Source: Mytilus edulis (lineage: Eukaryota). Taken from it: 64,000 nt of DNA. The number at the start of each line of letters is the position of its first letter. Position 1 is the first letter of the stretch. The stretch spans positions 46,748,001 to 46,812,000 of the forward strand of contig NC_092349.1 in assembly GCF_963676685.1 (NCBI RefSeq), read 5' to 3'. The notes beneath the pieces were generated by a model. It searched no databases and was not told where the DNA came from. It saw nothing but the letters and a program-made list of their open reading frames with translations. Positions 63,502 through 64,000 of the stretch are shown one piece after another. The position numbers and the translations under genes were made by a program.

Positions 63502-64000
63502 ATTCCAATGATTGACATTAGATTAAAAAAAAAGATTTTAAACTTTACTTTGATATGAATTTGATGTTCGGATGTAAACTATTAAATTGGCAGTGCATCG
63601 TACAAAGTGTGCACATCAGCATGCTCATATCTGCCTTAGACTCTTTATTTTTGCAAAATGACAGTCATTGTCAAAAATTTTACTTTCGTTTTTAAAATCA
63701 CATTTTTCTAAAACCGGATGTTGACTTGACTATATGGTAAAACATGGACCATAAACGGATACGTAAAATCTGTGTACGTTAACAAAGCATGTCTTGAGTG
63801 AAAAAGCTTTTCCACGTTATTTCTTCAACAAATTACTTGAAATGAACGTTAGATACAGTAATCAATGATAATTTTAGCATTTTTGAAGAAATGTAGGATG
63901 CATAATTTAATTTCCCACCTGTGCACATGCGCACACGTGTTCTAGTTGATACAACGTAGTTCTGATGATTTTTCATTTTAATAAAGTCATATGAAACGAG

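Overview
AT-rich, intron-containing animal DNA, most likely a mytilid bivalve (Mytilus-like); this is inferred from the gene families and repeats, not from a search. Host genes: (1) an intronless-CDS Toll-like receptor (3775-5883, -); (2) a 3-exon secreted FAMeT-domain plus PAN/apple-like gene (16805-20137, +), with a decayed paralogous last exon at 534-840; (3) a 4-coding-exon DZIP3-type HEPN / coiled-coil / STAND NTPase / ankyrin gene (34777-47103, -) with one frameshift and one nonsense codon; (4) an intronless non-alpha Cys-loop (nAChR-like) subunit (57741-58888, -). Mobile DNA: a spliced DDE transposase-DEDDh exonuclease fusion (10782-13293); a very young Neptune-like Penelope retroelement (38782-42937) with 360-bp direct repeats, hammerhead ribozymes and a candidate -1 frameshift signal; several TTAA-flanked MITEs. 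The 6-kb 'satellite' at 47454-53481 is 17 tandem 350-bp units, each carrying a type I hammerhead ribozyme motif (a retrozyme array). Related dispersed hammerhead monomers show compensatory base changes, and one intact copy lies in the sense strand of a host intron. All coordinates and alignments were made by eye.
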